A stretch of DNA of 64,000 nt from Acidobacteriota bacterium (lineage in GTDB: Bacteria; Acidobacteriota; UBA6911; RPQK01; JAJDTT01). The stretch spans positions 3,456,001-3,520,000 of the forward strand of contig OZ253580.1 in the NCBI GenBank assembly GCA_965263035.1, read 5' to 3'. How positions within the stretch are numbered: position 1 is the first letter of the stretch; each line of letters starts with the position of its first letter. Positions 19,966-29,738 of the stretch are shown here, one piece after another. A program made the position numbers and the translations under genes. The notes under the pieces are model-generated. The model saw only the letters and a program-made list of their open reading frames with translations, was not told where the DNA came from and did not search any database.

Positions 19966-21675
19966 GTGATCCAGGAATGGGTCAGAGCGAAGTTGGCCGG
20001 AGGGGTGGTCCGAGCTCGCTTTGGCGGGTTCCGGTTGAGGTGGGTTGCCGCGACGCTGCTCTGGCTCACTCCCGCCGGCGCAGCGGAAGAACCGGCCGGT
20101 CCCGGGATCGTCTTCGAGGAAGTCCTACCTCAGGCCAGCGGCATCCGTTGGGTTCATGAGAATGCCATGTCGGCCCAGCGGCACCTGCCGGAGACGGTGG
20201 GGCCCGGCTGCGCCTTCTTCGACTACGATAACGACGGATGGATGGATCTGTATCTGGTCAACAGCGGAACCTCCGACTTCTACGCTCCCGCGACGCCGCT
20301 CAGGAACGCCCTTTACCGCAACGACCGGGATGGGACCTTCACCAACGTCACCGAAGCAGCGGGTGTCTCAGGGGGGCGATTCGGCATGGGTGTCGCGGTT
20401 GCCGACTACGATGGCGACGGCTGGCAAGATCTCTACGTCACCAACTACGGACCCAACGACCTCTATCGCAACAACGGCGACGGAAGCTTCTCGGAAGTGG
20501 CAAAGGATGCGGGGCTCCTGGCTCCCGGATGGTCCACCAGCGGCGTCTGGTTCGACTACGATGGAGACGGAAGGCTGGACCTGTTCGTCTGCAGCTTCGT
20601 CCGTTACGACACATCCCTCATCCGGCTGTGCTTCGATCACCTGCGAAAGCGAACCTACTACTGCCTGCCGACCCTCTTCGATCCCACCCCCAGTCATCTC
20701 TTTCGCAACGACGGCAACGGCCGCTTCACCGACGTCAGCCGGGAGTCGGGGATCTCCGGGCACCCAGGCAAGGCGTTCGGGGTGGTGGCCACCGACGTCA
20801 ACAACGACGGGCATCTGGACCTGTTCGTCGCCAACGACACGGTGGCCGACTTCCTCTTCGTGAATCAGGGAGACGGGAAGTTCCGGGAGATGGGCCTCTG
20901 GGCCGGCGTCGCATTCGACGACGGCGGCAAGCCGCGCTCCGGGATGGGTGTGGACGCCACCGACTACGACGGCGACGGCTTGCAGGACCTCTTCGTCTCC
21001 AACATCGACCACGAAGTGTTCAGTCTCTACCGGAATCAGGGAGACCTGTCCTTCACCGACGAAGCGGCCGACGTGGGGAAACTGACCTGGCTGCTGAGTG
21101 GCTGGGGATTACGCTTCTTCGATGCGGACAACGACGGCGACGAGGACCTGTTCCTGGCGAATGGACACCCGGACGACATGGTGGAGAAATTCCGGCCGGG
21201 GCTGGGGTACAGGCAACCCCTCCTCTATTTTGAAAACGTCAACGGCCGCTTTCACGACCGCAGCCCCCAATCGGGCGCCGTCTTCTCTCGCACTTTCTCC
21301 GCCCGGGGACTGGCCACCGGGGACCTGGACAACGACGGCGATCTGGACCTGCTCATCACCGACAACGGGGGACCTCCGGTGCTGCTCCTGAACCGGGGAG
21401 GCAACCGCAACCATTGGCTTGGCCTTGATCTGGTGTCTCGCCACGGCCACGCTCCTGTCGGCGCCGTCATCACCTGGTCGGCGGGAGGGGTCGAGCACCG
21501 CCGCTTGAAGCGGGCAGGCGGCAGCTACCTCTCCTCCAGCGATCCGCGAGAGATTCTGGGTCTGGGCTCAGCTGAAGCTCTCGACTGGGTGGAGATCCGA
21601 TGGCCCAGCGGCGCCAAGACCCGCCTGACCGACCTACAGCCGAACCGCTACCACAAGCTCGTCGAGTCGCCATAG
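19966..21675 (+). CDS. CRTAC1 family protein (FG-GAP repeats + ASPIC/UnbV)
   Basis: GTG at 19966 after GGAGAGG; [35 protein letters not shown]. Confidence 0.9.
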   Translation: MIQEWVRAKLAGGVVRARFGGFRLRWVAATLLWLTPAGAAEEPAGPGIVFEEVLPQASGIRWVHENAMSAQRHLPETVGPGCAFFDYDNDGWMDLYLVNSGTSDFYAPATPLRNALYRNDRDGTFTNVTEAAGVSGGRFGMGVAVADYDGDGWQDLYVTNYGPNDLYRNNGDGSFSEVAKDAGLLAPGWSTSGVWFDYDGDGRLDLFVCSFVRYDTSLIRLCFDHLRKRTYYCLPTLFDPTPSHLFRNDGNGRFTDVSRESGISGHPGKAFGVVATDVNNDGHLDLFVANDTVADFLFVNQGDGKFREMGLWAGVAFDDGGKPRSGMGVDATDYDGDGLQDLFVSNIDHEVFSLYRNQGDLSFTDEAADVGKLTWLLSGWGLRFFDADNDGDEDLFLANGHPDDMVEKFRPGLGYRQPLLYFENVNGRFHDRSPQSGAVFSRTFSARGLATGDLDNDGDLDLLITDNGGPPVLLLNRGGNRNHWLGLDLVSRHGHAPVGAVITWSAGGVEHRRLKRAGGSYLSSSDPREILGLGSAEALDWVEIRWPSGAKTRLTDLQPNRYHKLVESP

Positions 21676-21741
21676 GAGGGGGGATAGGAGGGGGGACATC
21701 CTTGTCCCCCAAGAGTCGGGGGTTAAAAACCCCCGCTCCCA
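21672..21741. repeat. REP doublet left of RAYT
   Basis: (ATAGGAGGGGGG)x2-ACATCCTTGTCCCCC-AAGAGT-CGGGGGTTAAAAACCCCCGCTCCCA. Confidence 0.85.
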
Positions 21742-21777
21742 TCTCGTCGAATTGACCGTGCGGTCGTTGGGATTATT

Positions 21778-22464
21778 GTGACCGACATCCGCAAGAATCG
21801 GGGCTTGGAAAACCCCCACTCCTATCTCGACCCTTACGGTGAGATCGACGTCACCTACAATCACCTTCCCCACTGGCAGCAAGATGAAGTCTACGTCTTC
21901 GTGACTTGGCGGCTGAAAGATTCTCTGCCCCAAGAGAAACTGGATCAGTGGAAGGAGGAACAGGGTATCTGGCTGAAACGCCGCCCTCGTCCTTGGGATG
22001 CGCGAACGGCAAAACGCTATCACAAGCGGTTTTCACGACGAATCGAGGACTGGTTAGACTAGGGAAGCGGCTCCTGTATCTTGAAGGATCCGGTTCTGGC
22101 GAGGGTGGTGGCTGATGCGCTCCGTCACTTCGACGGCGAACGTTACGAGTTGGCTTCCTTCGTCGTGATGCCCAACCACGTCCATGTCCTGTTTCGTCCT
22201 CTTGGCTCACACCAAATTCCGAAAATCGTGAAATCGTGGAAGTGGTTCACAGCGCGACAGATCAACAGGAGAGCCGGAAATTCGGGCGCCTTTTGGCAGG
22301 AGGACTATTGGGACCGGCTGATCCGGCACCCGCTGCACTTTTCTAATTGCGTCGAATACGTGCGTGAAAATCCGACGAAAGCCGGACTGTGCGATGGAGA
22401 GTTCCTTCTCTTCGAGAGAGTTGGGAGAGGGGACATCCTTGTCCCCCAAAGAATCGGGGGTTGA
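21778..22464 (+). pseudogene. REP-associated tyrosine transposase (RAYT, Y1/IS200-like HUH) interrupted by in-frame TAG at 22060-22062
   Basis: LPHWQQ..FVTWRLKDSLP, WLD*GSGSCILKDP, VVMPNHVH (HUH), FWQEDYWDRLIR, YVRENP; both ORF pieces are in the same frame. Confidence 0.85.
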
Positions 22465-22480
22465 AAACCCCCGCTCCTAC
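22422..22480. repeat. REP doublet right of RAYT
   Basis: TGGGAGAGGGGACATCCTTGTCCCCC-AAAGAAT-CGGGGGTTGAAAACCCCCGCTCCTAC; direct repeat of 21685-21741. Confidence 0.85.
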
Positions 22481-24057
22481 GGCAAACTCGGATCGATCTT
22501 TCGCATTCCCGGCTTCCGGCTCGACTTGGGCTTTCTCTTCTGCAACAGGTCGAACCGGTCGAAGTATTTCCGGGCAGTGGCCGGATCTTTCAACCGGTGG
22601 TGGAGCCTTCCCAGCAAATAGTGGGTCTCCACGTGGTCGGGATTTTGGGCCAGGGCCTTCTGGAGATGCCCCAGCGCCTCACCGATCTCCTTCCCTTTCA
22701 ACAGGAGGCGGCCCTTCTCCAAGTGCAGCAGGAAGGAATCGGTATTCAACTCGATTCCTTTGTCCAGCCATTCCAATGCTTTGCCAGTCTGACCTGAACG
22801 GGAATGTGCACTGGCGAGCTGGTGCAAGATTTCCTCTTGGCCGGGTCGAAGCCGTAGCGCCTCGAGCAACGCTTCGGTGGCATGGTCGAACTGGTCCAGG
22901 GAGTTCAGGGTGGCTCCCAGATAGTAATGGGCTTCCCAGTTCCCGGGGTCCCGCGCCGTCAGCCGTTGGAGGACCTCCTTGGCTTCTTGGAATCGGCTCT
23001 GGTCTTGATAGAGCGTGACCAGCCGCAACTGGGCCGAGGAGGAAGAGAGGGGCTTCAGAATCCGCTCTCCCTCGTCGTTGTACTTGAAGCGAAGGAGGAT
23101 CCTCGCCGCTTCTTCTTGTTCGTCCGGATTGAGCTGGAGTCGATTCAGATAGGCCAGAGCCTCGTCGGAGCGCGCCAACCAGAAGAGCTGCTCCGCCAGC
23201 CTCAAGCCCAATCTGTTGTCGAGCTTCTTCCGGTCCACCTTCTCCAGCACGGCTGAGGACAGTTCCAGATCGCCCCGCTCGAACGAAAACCTGGACTTGA
23301 GGATCAGCAGCTTGGGATCGCGGGGATTCTGCTTCAGTGCCTGTTCCACCTGTCCGGCCGAGATCTCGACCGCCGCCAACTGGGTCAGGTCGGCGTCCAG
23401 ATTCGCCGCGTTTCTCAAGTGATCGGCGGCTTCCCGCAATTGTCCCTGCGAGACCAGAAACTTCCCCCAACCGTAACGGACCCGGCCTGAATCGGGGGCG
23501 AGCCGAAGAGCTCGGAAGTAGGCCGTCCGGGCCTCCGCCAACTTTCCGATCCGGGCATAGGAGGAGCCGAGTTTGGCCATGGCTTCAGCCAGATTCGGGT
23601 CGCGCTCCAGCGCCTCCCGGTACACCTCGATGGCCCGCTTCCACTCGCCCTCCTGGCGCAACCGGTCTCCCTCTTCCTCCAGACGGCGAGCCCGCTCCTG
23701 GAAATCCGCCGGCATGTGGTAAAGCAGCGCGTAGTCGAAACCGGAACGGAAAATGGAGCTGTAGGCGCCGGGACCCAGCCCCGTGGCGGCCTGTTGAAAC
23801 TCGCGGTTCATCCGGGTCAGGGAGATGCTTCCCAGGTAACCGCCGTCCGCAGCCGTACGGTCGATGGAATGTTGGCGCGCCAGATCCGCAAATGAGGCCC
23901 CACGGTTCAGTTCTTGGAGGATCTGCTCCGCCAGAGAGAGGTTGCGTACCACCAGAATGCGCAGGAACATGCTCTTTCCGTCCGAAGAGGGAAACGCCGG
24001 GACGGAGACGAGCAAGACCAGAAGGCAGAGCACGCCGGCACTGAATGGCCGTCTCAT
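22477..24057 (-). CDS. Parvulin-type peptidylprolyl isomerase domain + TPR protein
   Basis: Signal peptide; GASFADLARQHSID..ADGGYLG..F..A..L.PG..S rotamase motif followed by TPRs. Confidence 0.82.
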   Translation of the reverse strand: MRRPFSAGVLCLLVLLVSVPAFPSSDGKSMFLRILVVRNLSLAEQILQELNRGASFADLARQHSIDRTAADGGYLGSISLTRMNREFQQAATGLGPGAYSSIFRSGFDYALLYHMPADFQERARRLEEEGDRLRQEGEWKRAIEVYREALERDPNLAEAMAKLGSSYARIGKLAEARTAYFRALRLAPDSGRVRYGWGKFLVSQGQLREAADHLRNAANLDADLTQLAAVEISAGQVEQALKQNPRDPKLLILKSRFSFERGDLELSSAVLEKVDRKKLDNRLGLRLAEQLFWLARSDEALAYLNRLQLNPDEQEEAARILLRFKYNDEGERILKPLSSSSAQLRLVTLYQDQSRFQEAKEVLQRLTARDPGNWEAHYYLGATLNSLDQFDHATEALLEALRLRPGQEEILHQLASAHSRSGQTGKALEWLDKGIELNTDSFLLHLEKGRLLLKGKEIGEALGHLQKALAQNPDHVETHYLLGRLHHRLKDPATARKYFDRFDLLQKRKPKSSRKPGMRKIDPSLP

Positions 24058-24187
24058 TGGAGACTATTCTAGCAGTCCCAAAATAAGACGGCTTTCCTCC
24101 TGTCGTCGACGTTCCCTCCAGTGCCGTGACGCGCGGTTCCGAGAAGAAAGGGATCCCTGGATTTGGTAGCCTCGTTCCGGAGGCGCC

Positions 24188-25465
24188 ATGAGACATATCT
24201 CTTTTCCGGTCGTCGTTTTCCTGCTTGGAATGGGTCCGGCCTGTCATCCGGAGGCGGAACCGCACGACGCACCGGATCATCGGGTCAAGATCAAGCTGGG
24301 CAAGAGCCTGCAGATGCTGCCGGTGGGCAGAAGCGCCGGAATGATGAAGCTGCTCCGTCATCCCGACGGCACCCTCTACTTGAACACCCAGTCCGCGGAC
24401 CTCTCGCGGGGATTGGCCAAGAGCACCGACGGAGGGAAGACCTGGACCGTCCATCCACTGAGCTTCGAGGGGACGCCGCCGCGGCAATTCGCGTCCGGTT
24501 TCGGCATCACTCGCGACGGACGCCTCTGGATGCTGCACCAGCAGTTGCGGCTGTACGGGCAGAAGAAAGATCCGGACGAGGATAGGACGGTGTTTCTCTC
24601 CCATTCCGACGACGGGGGCATGACCTGGAAGAGCCGGCCGTTCGAGTATGGCCGGTTCTCCCCTGGAGCGCCCGATGATCCCTACACTTCAATGGATGTG
24701 GCGGCCTGCTTCCCCAACTTCGTCCAGAGGCCCGATGGGACGCTCATGTTCTCGGCCAGCATGCGCTATCCTGATTGGGAGGACTACGGGCAAGAGGACC
24801 AGTCACGCCCCGGGATCCGCGATGTCCTGGTCCGGTCCCGGGACGGGGGAGAGACCTGGGGCGATTCGACCATCGTTCACCAACACGCCACCGAGACCGA
24901 TTACGCGGTCGACCCCGCCGATCCGGATCACATCCTGGCCATGACCCGCAAGCAGCGGCTGCTGCTCCCGGGAGAAGACCGGGAACAGGTGGAGAAGGAG
25001 GCCAGCATCCGGGGGACTCGTTTCTCCGGAGCCGAGTGGCTCTGGAAAGGGGGCTTGTTGCTGGAGTCGACCGACGGCGGGCGCAGCTTCCGGGAGATCC
25101 CGGGCAGCTACGCCGGCTACTATGCGCACCGCGGGGCCATCCTTTGGACCACGAACAACGTGGTTATCGTGACCCACAACACCGGCTACTACCATGACTC
25201 GGTACCGCCCGTCCCCACGACCTGTGCCCGGATCAGCCTGGACGGGGGCCGGACCTGGGTGGACGGTACCCGGAGCGGGACCAAGCGGATGAATCAGTCG
25301 ACGCAGTTTCTGGAGATCGTCGGCGCGGCCACCATCGAGCTGGAGCCCGATCGCTTCTTCACCGCGTACAAGATCATGGCGGAGCCCCGGGGGGACCGGA
25401 CCGTGGGGTCGGTGCAAGGGTTCTTCTGGGAGCTGGAACGGGCCTCCGGAAAGCCCTCCGGGTGA
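24188..25465 (+). CDS. BNR/Asp-box (sialidase-like) beta-propeller, probable lipoprotein
   Basis: KSTDGGKTW, SHSDDGGMTW, RSRDGGETW, ESTDGGRSF, ISLDGGRTW Asp-boxes; ..GPAC lipobox-like. Confidence 0.8.
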   Translation: MRHISFPVVVFLLGMGPACHPEAEPHDAPDHRVKIKLGKSLQMLPVGRSAGMMKLLRHPDGTLYLNTQSADLSRGLAKSTDGGKTWTVHPLSFEGTPPRQFASGFGITRDGRLWMLHQQLRLYGQKKDPDEDRTVFLSHSDDGGMTWKSRPFEYGRFSPGAPDDPYTSMDVAACFPNFVQRPDGTLMFSASMRYPDWEDYGQEDQSRPGIRDVLVRSRDGGETWGDSTIVHQHATETDYAVDPADPDHILAMTRKQRLLLPGEDREQVEKEASIRGTRFSGAEWLWKGGLLLESTDGGRSFREIPGSYAGYYAHRGAILWTTNNVVIVTHNTGYYHDSVPPVPTTCARISLDGGRTWVDGTRSGTKRMNQSTQFLEIVGAATIELEPDRFFTAYKIMAEPRGDRTVGSVQGFFWELERASGKPSG

Positions 25466-26815
25466 TCACCCGGCCTCGGGCGGTTCCTCCGGGGCGTTCT
25501 CCAAGTGCCAGAACACCGCCCGAAGCCCCAACCAGGGGCAGTCTCCGACTTCAGTGCCCTGTGGACACGGACTCTTGGGCGCTTCGTAGTATCGCTTCAG
25601 CGACTCGTTCTCCCAGTAGGCGTACACTGACATAAAGTGATTGGGCGACAATTCCAACATGGGACTGGTGAAGGAGACGGTGAGGGGCGGCGTGAGGAGT
25701 GGGTGCCTCTTCGCCTGATTGAACTCCCGCGTACCCTCTGAAGTCCCGTCCACCCAGGTCTGGCCTCCGTCCAGGCTGATTCTCAAGACCCGGCTCGAGT
25801 TCTTTCGGTTAAAGTTGGCGGCGACCACCACCAGGTTGTTGCTGCCCCAGACGATAGTCGCCCGGTGCCCGTAGAACTCGGTCAAGCCGCCGGGCACTTC
25901 ATGGAAGGTCCGTCCGCCGTCAGTGGATCCCATCAGCAGGCCGTTCTTGTAGATGGAAGGCATGTCGGAGGGCATATCGGAGGGAGCACCGGTTCTCTTG
26001 ATGGTCGCTTCCCGGTCCTCGCCGGCCAGGAGCTCCCGCTGGGTTCGGGTCATGGAGAGGATCCGGTTGGGATCGAAGGGATCCAGGGCGTGACCCACCT
26101 CGGTGACGTGAGGGTGCATCAGGGTCACGTCTCCCCAGGTCTTGCCCCCGTCGGTGGAGCGGAAGATCATCTCTCCCCCGAAGTCCAGATCGGAACGCAT
26201 GAGACCGTCGATCCGGTTTTTCGGGTCCTTGTAGTAGGACCCGTCGTAGCGTAATCCCACCGAAAACATCAGGGTGCCGTCGGGCTGTTCGATGAAGGTG
26301 TTGTAGTCGTTGTAGGAGTGGACATAAGGAAGTTCCATCCCCCGGGAAGCCAGCGGCGGGAAGTCGATGGGAGTCGTGTTCCAGGTTTCGACGTCGACGG
26401 ACCAGGAGACGAAGAGCTCCTTCGAGGTGCTCTGATGCAGGAGCCAGAGGCGTCCGTCTCGAGTGACCCCCGAACCGATCAGGCGTTGGCCCGGCGGAGC
26501 GTCGGCGAGGTTCACCCGCACCGGTTCCCAGGTCTCGCCCTGGTCCGTGCTCTTGAAATATCCTAACGCCTCATCCGTCCCCTGGGTCTCGGTGTTCACG
26601 AAGATGGTCCCGTCCGGACGGCGGACCATCCCCACCATCTCATGGGCCAAGCCGGTCTCGGGTCCGGGCCCGATGATGTTGATCTCCTTGTCGATCTTGA
26701 GGACCAACCGTTCAGGATCGAGTTCTTGAGCCTCCTGATCGGTTTCCGGCGGTGAGCAGGCAGGGAGAGACAGGAGCAGGGTCAAGATGCTGACGCGACT
26801 AATGGACGAAGCCAT
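25466..26815 (-). CDS. BNR/Asp-box (sialidase-like) beta-propeller lipoprotein
   Basis: LPAC lipobox; KSTDQGETW, RSTDGGKTW, GSTDGGRTF, ISLDGGQTW. Confidence 0.8.
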   Translation of the reverse strand: MASSISRVSILTLLLSLPACSPPETDQEAQELDPERLVLKIDKEINIIGPGPETGLAHEMVGMVRRPDGTIFVNTETQGTDEALGYFKSTDQGETWEPVRVNLADAPPGQRLIGSGVTRDGRLWLLHQSTSKELFVSWSVDVETWNTTPIDFPPLASRGMELPYVHSYNDYNTFIEQPDGTLMFSVGLRYDGSYYKDPKNRIDGLMRSDLDFGGEMIFRSTDGGKTWGDVTLMHPHVTEVGHALDPFDPNRILSMTRTQRELLAGEDREATIKRTGAPSDMPSDMPSIYKNGLLMGSTDGGRTFHEVPGGLTEFYGHRATIVWGSNNLVVVAANFNRKNSSRVLRISLDGGQTWVDGTSEGTREFNQAKRHPLLTPPLTVSFTSPMLELSPNHFMSVYAYWENESLKRYYEAPKSPCPQGTEVGDCPWLGLRAVFWHLENAPEEPPEAG

Positions 26816-26984
26816 GATGCCTCCAGGGAAAGGGGGTGAAGATTGGAGTCTAGTCTAGGGTCTTGGCGCTCCCGATACAACCGGACCGGAAACCCGGCTT
26901 CGCAGCCTGACTTGTTCAGTATGAGGATGACTGCTAACTTGAGCCCGAACAGTGATTCTCCCTCCCACTTCGTGGTTTCTTCTC

Positions 26985-27899
26985 ATGAACCGGACACCGG
27001 CTGAGGCCCCAAGTTGCAAGAGATCCAGCGCAACGGCACTTCTGTTCGTGCTGTTGGCCATCGGTGGCGATGGTTCGGTCGCCCAGACGACTGCTGAAGA
27101 GACCGACGATCTCACCGCCATCGGCCGTATCGTGGGCACCGATATCAATCGGATCGCAGCCGTCGTGCGTTACCACAGTGCCATCCTGATGACCCGGATG
27201 GAGCAGTTCGAATCGGCCTACGAGGCATTGCAGCAGTTCGTCTATCAGAACGACACCAGTCCGAAAGTGGTCGAGGCCCTGGGGCTGTCCATCCTGCGCA
27301 TGCGGTATTTGCCTTCCGAGTATCCGCCATCCAAACGGGAACTCGTCATGCTGGCGGGACGGGCCGCTTACGAGACGGCGGCCCGCCGAGCCGAGAACGC
27401 CGATCGGCTCTATCAGGAGCTCGTCTCGCGCTACCCGGACGAAGCGACGGTGCACTATGCCTATGGGGCGTTCCTGATGGGCAGCAAGCCTGACCTGGCG
27501 GTCCGGCAATTCCTACAGGAGTTGAAGAATAATCCTGATCATGCGCCGAGTCTCCTCCAGGTCGCGATGGAGTACCTGCGGCAGGGCAGGTACCAAGAGG
27601 CTTTGCCTCTGGCGGAAAGAGCCCACCGGCTGATGCCGAACTTCTTTACTTCCAGAAAAGTCCTGGGCCGGGTTCTTCTGGAAACGGGCCAAGTTGAACG
27701 AGCCGTCCAGGAACTGGAAGTCGGAATTCAACTGAAACCCGAGGACGCCGAAATGCACTTCGCCCTGTCCCGGGCTTATGCGAGAGCCGGCCGCAAAGCG
27801 GAGGCGGAACGGGCGCGGCGTGAATTCCTGCGGCTGGACCGGATCTACCGGAGCCAGCGAGAGGGTCCGCAGTCCGTCGGTGGTCAGACGCAGCCCTGA
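26985..27899 (+). CDS. TPR protein
   Basis: VHYAYG, LGRVLLETG, MHFALSRAYARAG TPR patterns; start uncertain. Confidence 0.78.
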   Translation: MNRTPAEAPSCKRSSATALLFVLLAIGGDGSVAQTTAEETDDLTAIGRIVGTDINRIAAVVRYHSAILMTRMEQFESAYEALQQFVYQNDTSPKVVEALGLSILRMRYLPSEYPPSKRELVMLAGRAAYETAARRAENADRLYQELVSRYPDEATVHYAYGAFLMGSKPDLAVRQFLQELKNNPDHAPSLLQVAMEYLRQGRYQEALPLAERAHRLMPNFFTSRKVLGRVLLETGQVERAVQELEVGIQLKPEDAEMHFALSRAYARAGRKAEAERARREFLRLDRIYRSQREGPQSVGGQTQP

Positions 27900-27997
27900 C
27901 GCTGCTGGCGATCAAAGACGATGTGGACTCGGCGGAAGCCGCGGCGAGAGATGGTCACAAGGCCCATGAGATTGACGAGTGATTTGTTGGAGCGCCC

Positions 27998-28948
27998 GTG
28001 ATCCGTGAGCACCAAACGGAGGAGGCCTTGGCCGAGGACCGTGTTTCCAGGATACTCGATCCTTACCCCATCACTGAAGTACTGCCGGAATGGATTCGTG
28101 AAGGTGAAGAGATGGGAAGTAAGAGGAAGTTTTGGTACGTCTGCTCGGGTCCGGAAGAGGAAACAGAATGGCTCTTCAAATATCCTCAACCGAACACCGG
28201 TCAGCATTGGTCCGAGAAGATTGCCGCCGAGGTCGCTTCCGTGTTGGAAATCCCCCATGCGAGGGTAGAATTGGCGGTATTATCGAAGCATAAAGGATCG
28301 GTGACCAAGTCATTCGCGGACAATGGCCGCGAATTGGTTCACGGCAACCAGATATTGGAGAGGAAAGTACGGGGCTATGATCCTGAAAGAAGATTTCGTC
28401 AGTCGAGTCATACTCTGGCTAACATCTGGAAGGTACTGGACCATGTGTTTGTAACGCCTGAAGGCGCAAGAGACGCGAAGGTCCGCATGGCAAAGTACGT
28501 GGTTTTGGACGCGGTGATCGGGAACACGGATCGTCACCATGAGAACTGGGGTGTGCTTCGAACGCGGGAGGGTAACCGCTGGGTGGGGAGGGTGGCGCCA
28601 TCGTTCGATCATGCATCGTCTTTTGGGCGAGAACTCCTGGATTCGCGTCGAAGTCGACTCCTGAGAGAGGGGCGCGTGGGTGTCTACGCCGAAAAGGGAC
28701 GAGGCGCGGTCTACTGGTCGGAGGATGAGCGGCGCGGGCCCAGTCCACTGGAGTTGACACGGCGGGCCACTCGCGATTACCCGGACCTCTTCTGTCCGGG
28801 GCTGGTGAAACTTGAAAGATTGGACGTGAAGACCATCAACGATCAGGTTGATCGTGTCCCGACCGATTGGATGTCGCCGACAGCCAGAGACTTCGCGATC
28901 GAGTTGATGCGCTACAATGTTGAACAATTGTCGGAGATGTTCAGATGA
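27998..28948 (+). CDS. HipA-like serine/threonine kinase domain protein
   Basis: GSKRKFW, WLFKYP, HWSEKIAAE, DAVIGNTDRHHENWG, APSFDHASS. Confidence 0.85.
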   Translation: MIREHQTEEALAEDRVSRILDPYPITEVLPEWIREGEEMGSKRKFWYVCSGPEEETEWLFKYPQPNTGQHWSEKIAAEVASVLEIPHARVELAVLSKHKGSVTKSFADNGRELVHGNQILERKVRGYDPERRFRQSSHTLANIWKVLDHVFVTPEGARDAKVRMAKYVVLDAVIGNTDRHHENWGVLRTREGNRWVGRVAPSFDHASSFGRELLDSRRSRLLREGRVGVYAEKGRGAVYWSEDERRGPSPLELTRRATRDYPDLFCPGLVKLERLDVKTINDQVDRVPTDWMSPTARDFAIELMRYNVEQLSEMFR

Positions 28949-29688
28949 GTGAGAAGACCTTGTTTCTGGCTTGGCAGGACAAAGCGCAGAGCCGCCGGTG
29001 GTTCCCCATCGGTCGGCTGGACGCCGACATTGAACGCCTGCAGTATCGCTTCCGTTACATTGTCGGCGCCGCACGGGCGCAAGAGATGGCGGGATTTCCG
29101 TTGTTGATCGAGTTTCCCGAGTTGGAGGCGGATTATCGATCTCCAGAGCTTTTTCCCGTGTTCCGGAACCGGGTGATGAATCGGAGCAGACCGGACTTCA
29201 ACGACTACCTGCGCATTCTCGATCTTTCTTCCAAGGCGGACCCCGTCGAGATTCTGTCAGCGAACGGCGGCCGCCGCGTGACGGACACCTACGAAGTCTT
29301 CCCGAAACTCGTGAAGCGCGCCGACGGCAGCTTCACTTGCCGCTTCTTTCTGCACGGTTGGCGGCACGTCAATGCATCGGCTCAAGAACGAATCGATCAG
29401 TTGTCCAAGGGCGAAGAATTGTATGTCACATTAGAGTTGACTAATCCGGTGTCCAGAATGGCCGTGCAGATTCAGACGACGGATTACCATATGGTCGGGT
29501 GGGCGGCTCGTTACCTCGTGGCGGATCTGGTCGAGGCGATGGCCGAATCTCCCGAATATGCTGCTCAGGTGGTTCGGGTGAATCCCCAGCCCGCTCCGTC
29601 GAAGCAGCGCGTATTGATCCAGATGCGTGGCAGTTGGGATCAGCATGAACCCATGAGCGGACCGGAATTCCGGCCATTGGTCACTTGA
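28945..29688 (+). CDS. HIRAN domain-containing protein (putative partner/antitoxin)
   Basis: LFLAWQD..WFPIGRL, LFPVFRNRV..SRPDF, TDTYEVFP, FFLHGWRH..ELTNP..VGW HIRAN-like C-terminus; ATGA overlap with the kinase. Confidence 0.75.
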   Translation: MSEKTLFLAWQDKAQSRRWFPIGRLDADIERLQYRFRYIVGAARAQEMAGFPLLIEFPELEADYRSPELFPVFRNRVMNRSRPDFNDYLRILDLSSKADPVEILSANGGRRVTDTYEVFPKLVKRADGSFTCRFFLHGWRHVNASAQERIDQLSKGEELYVTLELTNPVSRMAVQIQTTDYHMVGWAARYLVADLVEAMAESPEYAAQVVRVNPQPAPSKQRVLIQMRGSWDQHEPMSGPEFRPLVT

Positions 29689-29738
29689 AAGCTTGTTGAG
29701 AGGTCGTCTGTGGCTAGAAGTCGGCGCCACAGGAGATA

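Noticed and set aside
22060-22062. Pyrrolysine/amber read-through in the RAYT
   Set aside because: No pyl genes in the window, TAG is used as a normal stop by many genes here, and a single CAG>TAG change explains it
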